From the NCBI GenBank assembly GCA_964585175.1, contig CAZPCW010000004.1:1-60717 (forward strand): DNA of 60,717 nt, given 5' to 3'. Of the stretch, positions 1 to 9,940 are shown one piece after another (position 1 is the first letter of the stretch; every line of letters begins with the position of its first letter). This DNA is from an uncultured Thermoplasmata archaeon (GTDB lineage: Archaea; Thermoplasmatota; Thermoplasmata; Halarchaeoplasmatales; Halarchaeoplasmataceae). The notes under the pieces are model-generated. The model worked only from the letters and a program-made list of their open reading frames with translations, did no database searches and was not told where the DNA came from. Position numbers and translations under genes: made by a program.

Positions 1-33
1 GGCGGCGGAATGCCCCCGATGGGCGGAATGTAA
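1..33 (+). CDS. 3' end of an upstream gene. The Gly/Met-rich tail resembles the C-terminus of a group II chaperonin (thermosome).
   Basis: Nt 1-33 read in frame as GGGMPPMGGM followed by TAA. Only 10 codons are visible. Confidence 0.3.
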   Translation, partial: GGGMPPMGGM

Positions 34-111
34 ATAAACGCCTAAAACCAAACCCCTTTCCTTAATTTTAATAATAATTTCTCTAAATTTCTCACTAAAT
101 AGAGTTTTCAA

Positions 112-681
112 TCAGATGTACTTTTCTACCAGATCATAGAACTCTTTTTTTACTACTTCAAGACTATTTTCAGCGTCTATTACTTCCCACCCGTACTTGT
201 CCGCTAGTTTCAAATAGTTGTTTCTCACTTTTTTTAAAAATTCGGTCCTCTCGTACTTGCTCTTTTTTTCACGATCGGTGATCCTCTCTAACGATACCTG
301 GGGATCTAGATCAAAAAGAACGGTCAAATCCGGTTCTAAGACGAACGGTCTCTGAACGTCTTCAACATATTGGAGATTTATTTCCCCGTTAGCCGCTTGA
401 TAGGCTGCGGTAGAACCCCAGTATCTGTCACATAGCACCGGTTTTTCTTCATCCAACACGCTCTTTATATCCTCGATATGTTCAACTCTATCCGCGAGAT
501 ATAGAAAAAGATCAAGATAAGCAGGTGTTTTTTCGTGGGCTATTTTTTGAGCGAAATTTCCTATATCCGTCTCTGTTGGTTCTTTGGTCAGATACACATC
601 TTTGTGATCATTCTTGAATGATTCGGCCACACTCGACTTTCCTGATCCGTCTATACCTTCTAGGACTATGAAATTTGACAT
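112..681 (-). CDS. tmk: Thymidylate (dTMP) kinase
   Basis: N-terminal P-loop LEGIDGSGKSS and a DRY-type motif (CDRYWGS). The 189-aa size is typical of Tmk. Confidence 0.9.
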   Translation of the reverse strand: MSNFIVLEGIDGSGKSSVAESFKNDHKDVYLTKEPTETDIGNFAQKIAHEKTPAYLDLFLYLADRVEHIEDIKSVLDEEKPVLCDRYWGSTAAYQAANGEINLQYVEDVQRPFVLEPDLTVLFDLDPQVSLERITDREKKSKYERTEFLKKVRNNYLKLADKYGWEVIDAENSLEVVKKEFYDLVEKYI

Positions 682-754
682 CTTTTTGATTATCGAGCCA
701 TATCAAAATAGTTTTTCGGTTATTCGGGCGATATGAAGGATTAGATTTAAGTAC

Positions 755-997
755 ATGTACTCGATAAATCACTTGATGACTGATAATAGGCCCCTCACAG
801 TCCTGAACAACAACTTGGGAAGCAACGTGATAGTCGAGTTGAAGTACGGTAAGGAATACAGAGGTAAATTGGACGGGTATGATCCCCATCTAAACCTAGT
901 GATGGAAGATGTCAAGGAATTTATCGATGGAGAAAAAACAAGAGAAATGGACAGGGCCCTTGTTAGAGGGGATAATGTAGTTTACGTTTCACCGTAG
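755..997 (+). CDS. Sm-like (LSm) archaeal RNA-binding protein. The true start may be the internal ATG at 776.
   Basis: Sm1/Sm2-like pattern [29 protein letters not shown] ... [13 protein letters not shown]. It is directly followed by L37e, the conserved archaeal LSm-L37e pair. Confidence 0.9.
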   Translation: MYSINHLMTDNRPLTVLNNNLGSNVIVELKYGKEYRGKLDGYDPHLNLVMEDVKEFIDGEKTREMDRALVRGDNVVYVSP

Positions 998-1011
998 GAG
1001 AAGTGAATAAC

Positions 1012-1179
1012 ATGGGTAAAGGAACACCATCTCAAGGTAAAAAAACATCTGGCAAATCGCATATACCGTGTAGACGCTGTGGCAAGAAAGCATATAACGT
1101 TAAAAAAGGCCGTTGTGCAGCTTGTGGATTCGGAGAATCATCTAAAAGGCGTGAATACAGCTGGGCTAAAGACCATTAA
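1012..1179 (+). CDS. rpl37e: 50S ribosomal protein L37e
   Basis: A 55-aa ORF absent from the track (below 60 aa): [55 protein letters not shown]. It is basic and has a C4 zinc ribbon (CxxC...CxxC). Confidence 0.9.
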   Translation: MGKGTPSQGKKTSGKSHIPCRRCGKKAYNVKKGRCAACGFGESSKRREYSWAKDH

Positions 1180-1289
1180 GTCGTGATGAATATTTAATAA
1201 AAAATCATCTTTTTTTCTCTGAATAGAGTTCATATATTTTAGATTTTATATACTGCCTTCCCGAAAAGATAAAAAGTAGAACATAGTTT

Positions 1290-1910
1290 GTGGATTGGGC
1301 AAAAATGAGCAGGATGCCTTTCTATCTCAAACAGAGAGTTGAAGAGATAAAGAAAAAGCAGATGCCGGAGAAAGAACTGAGCAAGAAATTGCCCAGATGG
1401 GAGAAGATAGTGATAACTTGGATAGTGGTGCTCACATTCTGGTTGATAGTCAGTGGAAACTTCTCTTGGCAGAACATCATAGTCGGGGGAGCAGTTTCTC
1501 TCATAATATCGAACATGATGTATGAGAATCTGACCGACGACTTGAGAGTCGAAGGCACTTTGGGTAAAAAAGTCCTGTATCTAATGTTCATTCAGGTACC
1601 TGAATACATATTTATAATGATCTTCCAGCTCGTCGAAAGTAATCTGAAAGTCGTCAAACACGCTATTTTCATGGACATCAATCCGGGTATAGTCAAGATA
1701 AACACGGACCTCCGCTCGGATACGGGCACTACTATATTAGCGAATTCTATAACGCTGACCCCAGGTACATTAACAATCGATGTAGATAAGAAGCTGGATA
1801 GAACGAATCTTTACGTCCACTGGATAGACCTAAAGACTATGGACCTGGAAGAGGCCGGAAACGAGATAAAAGGAGATGTGGAAAGATGGTTGAAGAAAAT
1901 CTTCTGGTAG
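1290..1910 (+). CDS. mrpE: Mrp/Mnh antiporter subunit E (MbhA-like). The likely ATG start is at 1305.
   Basis: MnhE-like C-terminal pattern NSITLTPGTLTIDVD...LYVHWID. It is the first gene of an E-F-G-B-C-D ordered cluster. Confidence 0.8.
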   Translation: MDWAKMSRMPFYLKQRVEEIKKKQMPEKELSKKLPRWEKIVITWIVVLTFWLIVSGNFSWQNIIVGGAVSLIISNMMYENLTDDLRVEGTLGKKVLYLMFIQVPEYIFIMIFQLVESNLKVVKHAIFMDINPGIVKINTDLRSDTGTTILANSITLTPGTLTIDVDKKLDRTNLYVHWIDLKTMDLEEAGNEIKGDVERWLKKIFW

Positions 1911-2170
1911 ATCCACTTTGGTGGACGATGGTGATATTGCTCGTTACGAGCTTCGTTTTATTTTATAGAGTGGTTTTCGGTCCGACACAGCCCGACCGTA
2001 TAATAGGTCTAAATACTATAACCACGAAGATAGTCGTAGTGATCGTTCTATTCTCGATCATATTAGAAGAATACTTTTTAATCGATTTGGCTATCGTACT
2101 TTTGATGGTCAACACCGTAGGCGGTTTGATATTGGCTAAACACTTTGAAAGGAGGGGAGAAGCATCATAA
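1886..2170 (+). CDS. mrpF: Mrp/Mnh antiporter subunit F
   Basis: A 94-aa three-TM protein with FGPTQPDRIIGLNTITTK, the typical MrpF/PhaF pattern. Operon position supports the call. Confidence 0.8.
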   Translation: MVEENLLVDPLWWTMVILLVTSFVLFYRVVFGPTQPDRIIGLNTITTKIVVVIVLFSIILEEYFLIDLAIVLLMVNTVGGLILAKHFERRGEAS

Positions 2171-2175
2171 TAGAG

Positions 2176-2478
2176 ATGATACTTCTCATACTAGGAAACT
2201 TAATAATGATATTCGGAGCGGTAGGTATTCTTCGCTTTCCCGACATGTATACCCGTCTGCACGCTTCTTCTAAGACAGATACTGGAGGAGCTATGACGAT
2301 ACTGATCGCGGCAGCGATGTTGACCACGCCGTGGGTTATAAAGATAAAGATATTGGTATTGATCTTTCTCATAGCGATGATCAATCCCATGCTCTCCCAT
2401 GCGATAGCTAGAGGTGGACACAAATGGGGTATTAGACCGATCGTGGTGGTGGATATGTATGATAAAGATAATCCATGA
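2176..2478 (+). CDS. mrpG: Mrp/Mnh antiporter subunit G
   Basis: FGAVGILRFPDMYTRLHASSKTDTGG is the hallmark MnhG motif. Confidence 0.85.
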   Translation: MILLILGNLIMIFGAVGILRFPDMYTRLHASSKTDTGGAMTILIAAAMLTTPWVIKIKILVLIFLIAMINPMLSHAIARGGHKWGIRPIVVVDMYDKDNP

Positions 2479-2701
2479 GTTTATTCTAATCGGTATGATA
2501 ATCTTGGCCCTCGTGATCGTGGAGGAAGAGGACCTCTTGCAAGCCGTCATAGGATTCGCACTTCTCCAGACTCTTTTGGTTATCAGTCTTTTTCTACTCA
2601 AAGCACCCGACGTAGCACTTTCAGCCATAGTCGTAGGGGCTTTGATAATCGGGATATTCATATACACCATCCAGGAGGGGATATTATCCAAAAGAGATTA
2701 G
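2459..2701 (+). CDS. Small membrane subunit, MbhD/DUF4040-like (MrpA C-terminal or MrpB N-terminal-like). The track ORF begins at 2414, but the ATG at 2459 is more plausible.
   Basis: Hydrophobic ~80-aa protein (ILIGMIILALVIVEEEDLLQAVIGFALLQTLLVISLFLLKAPDVALSAIVVGA). It sits between mrpG and mrpB, as in Mbh-type clusters. Confidence 0.6.
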   Translation: MIKIIHEFILIGMIILALVIVEEEDLLQAVIGFALLQTLLVISLFLLKAPDVALSAIVVGALIIGIFIYTIQEGILSKRD

Positions 2702-2718
2702 TTGCCTTTGTTCTTATA

Positions 2719-2934
2719 TTGGTTCTAGCTTCACTTTTATTACCTTTAGATTACTCTAGGGAGGGGAGTGGAAGCTACGATCACTATGTGGACAATTGGG
2801 AAGACGTTGGTGTAGAAAACCTTGTAACTGCGGTGCTCACTGATTGGAGAGCTTATGACACCTTGGGCGAAGCGCTAGCCCTTTTCATCGCTCTCTTCGG
2901 AGTTTACTCAATCTTAGGAGGTGATAAAGAATGA
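2719..2934 (+). CDS. Small MnhB-related subunit (MbhE-like), with a TTG start
   Basis: NLVTAVLTDWRAYDTLGEALALF matches the conserved MnhB-domain motif. A 4-nt ATGA overlap couples it to the next gene. Confidence 0.55.
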   Translation: MVLASLLLPLDYSREGSGSYDHYVDNWEDVGVENLVTAVLTDWRAYDTLGEALALFIALFGVYSILGGDKE

Positions 2935-3353
2935 AGATGTCACTTATCGTCAGGAAAAGTTCGAAACTTCTAGCACCTTTCCTAGTAGCTTATGCAGCAT
3001 ATCTATTAGTCTTTAGCCATATCAATCCCGGAGGGGGTTTCCAGGGCGGGGTTATCCTCGCGGTGAGCGTTATCTTGTTGATCACCTCTCACGGCTACAA
3101 GTCGGTCAAAGAAACATTTAGAGTCGATCTGGCGAAAAAGATCGAAAGTTTTTCAGCTGTGCTGATCCTCTTAATGGCGATAGCCGGTCTTTTCTTCGGG
3201 GCCTTCTTTTTGAATTTCATTAAAGGTGGAGAACCAGGTACGTTATTTAGTGGAGGTACCGTCGTGATATTCAACATAGCGATCGGATTGAAGATAGGAT
3301 CGGCGTTCGTTCTGCTTTTTTACACTCTGACGAGGTGGTCGGAAAGTGATTGA
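2931..3353 (+). CDS. mrpB: Mrp/Mnh antiporter subunit B
   Basis: HINPGGGFQGGVILAVSVILL motif and four TM segments. Confidence 0.8.
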   Translation: MKMSLIVRKSSKLLAPFLVAYAAYLLVFSHINPGGGFQGGVILAVSVILLITSHGYKSVKETFRVDLAKKIESFSAVLILLMAIAGLFFGAFFLNFIKGGEPGTLFSGGTVVIFNIAIGLKIGSAFVLLFYTLTRWSESD

Positions 3354-3663
3354 ATCGATAACCGCGGGATATCTCACGGCTGAAAAGGCCGGTATTGCTC
3401 TTATTCTCGTTGGCCTTTATGGTCTAATGGTCAAAACCGATCTTATAAAACATGTGATTTCTATCAATATCATCTCTACTGGAGTGGTGCTCTTTTTCAC
3501 GAGCCTGGGATATGTACAGGGTGGAAAGGCACCACTGATCCCCAATGCAGATATGGTCGATCCTCTTCCCGCTACGCTTATGTTGACAACTCTCGTTATC
3601 GATGTGGCGATCACCTCTTTCGCTTTGGCTCTGATTATAAGGATGAGGAGGGATGAAGATTGA
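3346..3663 (+). CDS. mrpC: Mrp/Mnh antiporter subunit C (NuoK-like)
   Basis: A 105-aa three-TM protein with GLYGLMVKTDLIKHVISINIISTGV and DPLPATLMLTTLVIDVAITSFALALI. Confidence 0.85.
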   Translation: MIESITAGYLTAEKAGIALILVGLYGLMVKTDLIKHVISINIISTGVVLFFTSLGYVQGGKAPLIPNADMVDPLPATLMLTTLVIDVAITSFALALIIRMRRDED

Positions 3664-5243
3664 TACCGCTGATCGTAGCTTTGCCTCTTCTATTTGCATT
3701 TCTGTTCACTATATCTACATATTTCGATGTAGCTAGGATATACAGAGAAGGATTGTTTCTAGTAGGGATATTTTCTCCTATACCTGTATTCATATTGAAC
3801 TTAGAACAGCTGCCGGTCAACACTGTAATCGGAGGTTGGAGCAGGATAGCGGGGATAGAAGTCGGTATAAACGGGGTGAATTATTTCTTCCTCTTAGCGG
3901 CCTTAATCGTATTTCCATTGGTGGCGGTCTACAGTTTGAATTATTTCGATAAATCTCACGAGAGGAAGGGATTAGTGTCTAAATACTCAAAATTCACTCT
4001 AATACTTTTACTTTATAGTGGAGTATTAGGAAGTTTCATCAGTAAGGATCTTTTCGATTTCGCGGTTTATATGGAAATAGCTTCTATCTCAGCGATCATA
4101 CTTGTGGCTAGTTCATCTACTGAAAAATCAAAATTAGCCTCGTTCCGATATTTGATTCTGTATCTCCTTTCATCATTCTTCTTCATCTTCTCGATTGGTA
4201 TAATATATGTCAAAACAGGTTATCTCAATTTTCATCTGATCGAGCATAATCTGGTGATGGACAGAGAAATAAAAGTCGCTATAGCAGTGGCCTTTATAGC
4301 GTTGATTACGAAGGCCGGTATATTCCCGCTGCATTTCTGGCTTCCCGAGGCACATTCAAGAGCGGATACCCCTGTGAGTGCTCTCCTTTCAGGAGTAACG
4401 GTAAAAGTACCCGTTTACGGCATGGTATTATTCTTACAACACACGAATGTTGGGTTTTTGACCTATCCTTTGATCGTTGTTGCCTTTGCCTCTATGATCC
4501 TAGGTATTATCATGGCGCTTCTCCAAAAAAACGCTAAGAAATTGTTAGCCTATCACACTGTTTCCCAGATGGGGATCGTGTTGATAGCAGTTTCGGTTTT
4601 AGACGTTTATGCGGCGGCCCATTACGTGTTAGCTCACGCACTTTTCAAATCAGGTCTATTTCTTTCTATAGGAGTTTTGGTTTCTTCCTACGGAACTAAA
4701 GATTTAAAAAAGCTCTCATTCGGTGGAAGAAGGATTTTGATAGCTTCCGTGGTAATATTGAGTCTAGCTATCGGAGGCATCTCTCCTCTGATCGGAGCTT
4801 TCGGAAAACATGAGATAATGACTGAATTCAGCAGTATCGGAATTTACCTTCTATACGCGGGTTCGATAGGCACATTGATATCGTTTTCAAAATTGAATTA
4901 CATGCTTTTCAAATCAGGAGATCAAAACTTTATTGAAAAAGGTTACCAGTTAGAGAGTACTGTAGCTTTTCTTTTTGCACTCCTGACTATCGGTTTTGGG
5001 GTCTATTATTATCCAAAATTGCATAGGATGGATATTCTCCTGCTGGTCACAGCCATTGTGGTTTTTCTAGGACTAAAATATTTGAGGATACTGGAATGGA
5101 AGATACCTAAATATTACGAAGAAAACATGAGAGGTCTAGCAGAGCAGATCAATTTTTACACTGCAGTTTTTGTATTCTTTAATATCTTGTTTCTTATTGT
5201 CGTACTTTTTAAAGATATTTCCGAAGTGTTTTCTATCTTATAG
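3660..5243 (+). CDS. mrpD: Mrp/Mnh antiporter subunit D (NuoN/NuoM-like proton-pumping subunit), copy 1, with a TTG start
   Basis: Polytopic 527-aa protein with GIFPLHFWLPEAHSRADTPVSALLSG and LLAYHTVSQMG motifs of the NuoL/M/N-MrpA/D family. Confidence 0.85.
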   Translation: MIPLIVALPLLFAFLFTISTYFDVARIYREGLFLVGIFSPIPVFILNLEQLPVNTVIGGWSRIAGIEVGINGVNYFFLLAALIVFPLVAVYSLNYFDKSHERKGLVSKYSKFTLILLLYSGVLGSFISKDLFDFAVYMEIASISAIILVASSSTEKSKLASFRYLILYLLSSFFFIFSIGIIYVKTGYLNFHLIEHNLVMDREIKVAIAVAFIALITKAGIFPLHFWLPEAHSRADTPVSALLSGVTVKVPVYGMVLFLQHTNVGFLTYPLIVVAFASMILGIIMALLQKNAKKLLAYHTVSQMGIVLIAVSVLDVYAAAHYVLAHALFKSGLFLSIGVLVSSYGTKDLKKLSFGGRRILIASVVILSLAIGGISPLIGAFGKHEIMTEFSSIGIYLLYAGSIGTLISFSKLNYMLFKSGDQNFIEKGYQLESTVAFLFALLTIGFGVYYYPKLHRMDILLLVTAIVVFLGLKYLRILEWKIPKYYEENMRGLAEQINFYTAVFVFFNILFLIVVLFKDISEVFSIL

Positions 5244-5325
5244 GATGGGGTTCGTGAATGATCGGAATAAAAGAGATACTGATAAAGACGAGACCTTCTC
5301 TTGACTCCACAAGGAGGGGTGATGA

Positions 5326-6906
5326 GTGATACCGTTGATCGTGGTCTTGCCTATATTATTTGCATTTTTGGTTACTATATCTACGTATTTAGGTGTAGAT
5401 AGGATATACAGGGAAGGATTGTTTCTATTGGGAATATTTTCTCCTATACCGGTTTTTATCTTAGAGATAGATGACCTCCCTGTAAATAGGATTTTAGGGG
5501 GATGGGGAAGGATCGCCGGTATCGAAGTCGCTATAGACCAAGTAAACTATTTTTTTCTTCTTGCAGCGTTAATAGTATTTCCGATGGTTGCGATGTACAG
5601 TTTAAATTACTTTGATAAAACTCAAAAGCAAGAAGGAAATGTTGACAAACATTCTAAGTTCATCCTCATACTTCTCCTTTATGGAGGAGTACTTGGCAGC
5701 TTTCTTGCAAGAGACCTTTTCGATTTCGCCGTCTATATGGAGATAGCCTCTATTTCCGCTATTATACTTGTAGCTAGTTCATCTTCAGAAAAATCCAAAT
5801 TAGCCTCATTTCGATACCTAGTTTTATATCTTCTTTCGTCTTTTTTCTTCTTTTTCTCGATCGGTTTGATCTACGTGAAAACCGGATATCTAAATTTTCA
5901 TCTGATCCAACAGAATTTGGTGATGAGTAAGGAGATAAAAGCTGCGATAAGTATAGCTTTTATCGCACTTATCATCAAAGCCGGTATTTTCCCTCTACAT
6001 TTTTGGCTTCCAGGAGCACATTCTAAGGCGGACACTCCCGTAAGCGCTTTACTATCAGGGGTTTCGGTAAAAGTCCCCATATACGGTATGATCTTATTTG
6101 TGCATTATACTTCCGTTCAATTTTTGACCCTGCCCTTGATGGTGGTAGCTTTCACCTCTATGATATCTGGAATCATATTAGCTCTATTTCAGAACGATGT
6201 CAAGAAATTATTGGCTTATTCAACTGTTTCTCAGATGGGTTTCGTGTTGATTGGTATATCTACACTGAATATATACGCAGTGTCGATCTATGTGTTAGCT
6301 CACGCCCTGGTAAAATCCGGACTATTTTTGAGTGTAGGTATACTGATAAGCTCTAAAGGGCACAAAAAGATCAATAGGTTATCATTGAAAAATAAGAAAA
6401 TATTGATAATACCGATAATCCTGTTAAGTCTGGGGATAGGAGGGATTTCACCTCTTTTGGGAGGATACGCAAAATATAATATTCTGACCGCACTCTCCGG
6501 ATTTGAAGTCTATCTTTTTTATTTAGGATCTATAGGGACCCTTACTCTTTTCACTATGTTCAACTATGAATTATTTGATCTTCGAGGCGATAAGAAGATT
6601 GATATCGGCTTAGAAGAAGTTATAATTTCCTTGATAGCTCTCCTAACTGTAGTTTTTGGAATTTATTATAATCTAAAATTTAAATTGCTAGATGTCATAT
6701 TGATATCCTCTGCCATTTTAATTTTTCCTATATTAGAATATTCGGGGCTGTTAGAACGGAATCTTCCAAAGTTTTATGAAGAGAATATGAATGGCCTCGG
6801 TAAGCAGATCAACTTTTACACAGCCGTGATAGTTGTGATGACTATATTTTTCCTCTTTTTCGTACTTTTTGAGGGCCTCATTTTAAAATTCATCCTCATC
6901 CTTTAG
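5326..6906 (+). CDS. mrpD: Mrp/Mnh antiporter subunit D-like, copy 2 (tandem paralog), with a GTG start
   Basis: A 526-aa protein co-linear with copy 1 over its full length. It has the same motifs, except HFWLPGAHSKADTP (Gly replaces Glu). Confidence 0.85.
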   Translation: MIPLIVVLPILFAFLVTISTYLGVDRIYREGLFLLGIFSPIPVFILEIDDLPVNRILGGWGRIAGIEVAIDQVNYFFLLAALIVFPMVAMYSLNYFDKTQKQEGNVDKHSKFILILLLYGGVLGSFLARDLFDFAVYMEIASISAIILVASSSSEKSKLASFRYLVLYLLSSFFFFFSIGLIYVKTGYLNFHLIQQNLVMSKEIKAAISIAFIALIIKAGIFPLHFWLPGAHSKADTPVSALLSGVSVKVPIYGMILFVHYTSVQFLTLPLMVVAFTSMISGIILALFQNDVKKLLAYSTVSQMGFVLIGISTLNIYAVSIYVLAHALVKSGLFLSVGILISSKGHKKINRLSLKNKKILIIPIILLSLGIGGISPLLGGYAKYNILTALSGFEVYLFYLGSIGTLTLFTMFNYELFDLRGDKKIDIGLEEVIISLIALLTVVFGIYYNLKFKLLDVILISSAILIFPILEYSGLLERNLPKFYEENMNGLGKQINFYTAVIVVMTIFFLFFVLFEGLILKFILIL

Positions 6907-6960
6907 AAGTAAATTAATCTTTATATTTTAACGGAATTTATCGACCAAATACTCAACTTT

Positions 6961-7365
6961 TCAATTACACATGTTGACTGATACTTCTATCACTTCGTCC
7001 GGTTTATTCACTTCCTCGATCAACTCGTCCAAGTCTACATCCATGTTGTTAACATCTATTATAGAGATGAGAATCCCCTGTTCTGAGTTAACGTCTTCCG
7101 TTTCATTAAACATTATGTTTACATTGTGCTCTGCGAATATCCCGCTTATAGTCGAAAGAACGCCGGGTTCGTTCTTCAGGATGAATTCGAATTCTACCAG
7201 TTCCTTGTCGGGTAGCGCAACCCTTTCCAACCGGGCTTCCTTGATTTCAGGACTTACTTCAAGCAGAAAATAAGCGCCTTTCGATGCTCCCAGCTCGTAT
7301 GCTGAGTTGGAAGGCAATTCTATCTTACCGTCTTCCTCTAGCCTGATTATCTCGTAATGAGTCAT
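6961..7365 (-). CDS. ACT-domain protein with a small N-terminal beta domain (possibly AbrB/SpoVT-like)
   Basis: FEFILKNEPGVLSTISGIFAEHNVNIMFNETED is a typical ACT beta-alpha-beta signature. Confidence 0.55.
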   Translation of the reverse strand: MTHYEIIRLEEDGKIELPSNSAYELGASKGAYFLLEVSPEIKEARLERVALPDKELVEFEFILKNEPGVLSTISGIFAEHNVNIMFNETEDVNSEQGILISIIDVNNMDVDLDELIEEVNKPDEVIEVSVNMCN

Positions 7366-7439
7366 CGCTTAATCATAGAAGTCAAGATTAATAAAACCAA
7401 TGTATGGGTTTATATAATAATTAAAAATGGAAAAAAGTT

Positions 7440-8261
7440 TTAAACTGTTAGTTCGACTTCCATCTTAGCTTTTATAATCTGGAGATCGGAGACATTATTT
7501 ATTTCCAACTCGATCGTATTTCCGTCGTATGAATCAACCTCGATATCTGTGGAATTCAGATACCTAGTCCAAACATCTGGATAGGCGGTAGTAAGGTTCA
7601 GATAGACCGTATCGGAAGGTTGGTAATCGTTTCTGAAGGAGCTGACCAGTTCAGTGGTCACTCCGACTCTAGCCGTTCCCGTTATGGATCTCTCATTTCC
7701 TATTAGATCGACCATCGTCAAGCTCATGCTATAAGCTCCTTCATTCTCCTCTATTGATAAATGAGGCTGAGCCTTCATCACTGCACCATCGCTCTGTTCC
7801 AGGATTATCGCACCATGTTCATACACAACGGTTTGAGATTCGAACTCTCTATTGTATGCTTCGTAAGTGATGTTACCTGAGCTGGGAGAAAGGTCATCCT
7901 CGCCAAATTCTATACTCAAACCCTTATTTGTTTCACCCCATTTTGGCTCGAATTTCAGTCTTCCGCCACTAGCTCCCGCGAAAAGTGGAACTCCTTGAGT
8001 TCCTAGATTGATGGATGAATATCGAGGGTAATTTTTCTGGTCGGTAACTATCAAATTGTCCATATCGCCTTTCATGTCTGCAAATTGTCCTTTGACTTCG
8101 TCCATATGATAAGCTTCATTATCTTCCATCCAGACGGGGACATACTGCTGAGTTATCAAGGACAATACGCTCAGAAATATCAACATGGCCATAATTGTTC
8201 CTACAGTAGTAGAAACACCTTTGTTGGAGTCCTTGATTTTTTTCCTCATCCTTTTCATCAT
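7440..8261 (-). CDS. Archaeal type IV pilin-like protein (class III signal peptide)
   Basis: Basic N-terminus, then KG/VSTTVGTIMAMLIFLSVLSLI (a prepilin-peptidase-type site plus hydrophobic helix). It is the last gene of the pilus-ATPase operon. Confidence 0.6.
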   Translation of the reverse strand: MMKRMRKKIKDSNKGVSTTVGTIMAMLIFLSVLSLITQQYVPVWMEDNEAYHMDEVKGQFADMKGDMDNLIVTDQKNYPRYSSINLGTQGVPLFAGASGGRLKFEPKWGETNKGLSIEFGEDDLSPSSGNITYEAYNREFESQTVVYEHGAIILEQSDGAVMKAQPHLSIEENEGAYSMSLTMVDLIGNERSITGTARVGVTTELVSSFRNDYQPSDTVYLNLTTAYPDVWTRYLNSTDIEVDSYDGNTIELEINNVSDLQIIKAKMEVELTV

Positions 8262-8271
8262 CTATCACCAA

Positions 8272-9930
8272 TCACTCATTTCTATATTTCTCTCTTTTCT
8301 TTTCATCTAACTCTTTTTTCACTTTTTCTAGCACTTTTTCTTTGTCCCTATAATATGAGGAAATAATATGTGCGAAGTCTTTATAGTTGAATATCTCTTC
8401 TTTTTCCATATAATCGAGGACTTTCTTTCGTCTTTTTACCTCTCTCTCCATCTCCCTTTGAGTCCAATTTTTAGATTGAGCTACTTTATCATATATGTAA
8501 CTATGTCCGCTGTAATTATATGAATCGTCAGCGGGATTCCAAGTATATGCCTTGTTCGTGACGAGTTCCTCAGTATCCGGGTCCAGACCGACCACTTCTG
8601 TGATATTTTTTATCCGTCTTACCATCTTGGTTCCGACCTTTACCTTGGACTGCATTATAACAATGTCAAGAGCTCCGATGAGAGCTCTAGGAAGATTGAT
8701 AGGATCGTTCTCCATCCTGTTGACCATGGTCTGAACGTCCTCTGAATGGAAAGTCGTGTAAGCACTTTTTCCTGTAGCCATAGCCTGGAAAACTACGTAA
8801 GCTTCTTCGCCTCTCACCTCGCCGACCATGAGGTATTGAGGACGCTGTCTTAAGGCGGCTTGAAGGAGTTCGTACATGTCGATCTCGCCGGCTCTTTTTC
8901 CAGTATCTTCGTCTCTCTCACCGAAACCGCTTCGAGTGAGCAACGGAACCCAGTTGTCATGAGGAAGGTTAAGCTCACGTGTATCTTCTATACTGACGAT
9001 CTTGTCTTGGGGAGGAATGAATAAAAGGATAGCGTTCAAGGTAGTGGTTTTTCCCGAAGCGGTACCTCCGCAGATAAGCATAGACTGACCGTTCTCTATA
9101 GCTATCCAAGCATAAGCCATCATCTCGGGATTGAAGGTTTGGAATTTGATTAGATTTATAGGTGTGTAAGGTTCCTCTTCGAACCTCCTTATCGTGAAGG
9201 AAGACCCTTTTTGTGTGATATGGGTGCCGAGAGTTTCCTGCAGTCGAGAACCGTCGGGCATGGTAGCGTCCAGCATGGGATCCGCTACGGAAATATGCTT
9301 TCCACTTCGCTGGGCTAGCCAGATGACATAATTATCTAACTCGTCCGCGTCGTCAAATTTTACATTAGATTTCATCGAACCATACTTTCTATGGAATACG
9401 TAAATAGGGATTCCTACACCGTCGCAAGAGATATCTTCAGGATTTGGATCCTTCATTATTACATCTATCGAGCCATAACCTACGAAGTCCCTCCTAACGT
9501 AGTACATTATCCTCTCTTTGGATACAGGGGCCAGTTCCACATCGAGATCCCTTAATATGTTGCTCACTTTGTGTTCCAAGTACTCTCTTTTCTCTTCATC
9601 AGTTTCCAAGTCTATTAATTCTACTCTATCGATCAATCTATCATTAACAGCTTTCAGCACTTCTTCTTCATCTTCCGTAAGTTCAGGTTCGATCACTTCG
9701 TAAATATATTCATTTGAAGTATTATCGTATTTTATCCTCACATAAGTGTAAGGTTCTTCGACCGCGTTGATCTCTATCTCCTTCATGTTTTCCTCTGCGA
9801 TCTTTGGTATTTCTGTTATCTCTTCGGTGTAATCTGGTGAACTTTCCTCTTCTGAAGGGAGATAGACTTTTTTAGGTCTAGAGGTGCTGTTTATCATATC
9901 TTTCAACTTTTCTCCGATGTTCGTAGCCAT
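8272..9930 (-). CDS. Type II/IV secretion ATPase of the archaeal FlaI/PilB (GspE/VirB11) family, copy 2
   Basis: Walker A GGTASGKTT, Walker B/Asp box YLMVGEVRGEEA and a His box TTFHSE. Acidic N-terminal domain. Confidence 0.9.
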   Translation of the reverse strand: MATNIGEKLKDMINSTSRPKKVYLPSEEESSPDYTEEITEIPKIAEENMKEIEINAVEEPYTYVRIKYDNTSNEYIYEVIEPELTEDEEEVLKAVNDRLIDRVELIDLETDEEKREYLEHKVSNILRDLDVELAPVSKERIMYYVRRDFVGYGSIDVIMKDPNPEDISCDGVGIPIYVFHRKYGSMKSNVKFDDADELDNYVIWLAQRSGKHISVADPMLDATMPDGSRLQETLGTHITQKGSSFTIRRFEEEPYTPINLIKFQTFNPEMMAYAWIAIENGQSMLICGGTASGKTTTLNAILLFIPPQDKIVSIEDTRELNLPHDNWVPLLTRSGFGERDEDTGKRAGEIDMYELLQAALRQRPQYLMVGEVRGEEAYVVFQAMATGKSAYTTFHSEDVQTMVNRMENDPINLPRALIGALDIVIMQSKVKVGTKMVRRIKNITEVVGLDPDTEELVTNKAYTWNPADDSYNYSGHSYIYDKVAQSKNWTQREMEREVKRRKKVLDYMEKEEIFNYKDFAHIISSYYRDKEKVLEKVKKELDEKKREKYRNE

Positions 9931-9940
9931 AAATCTTACC

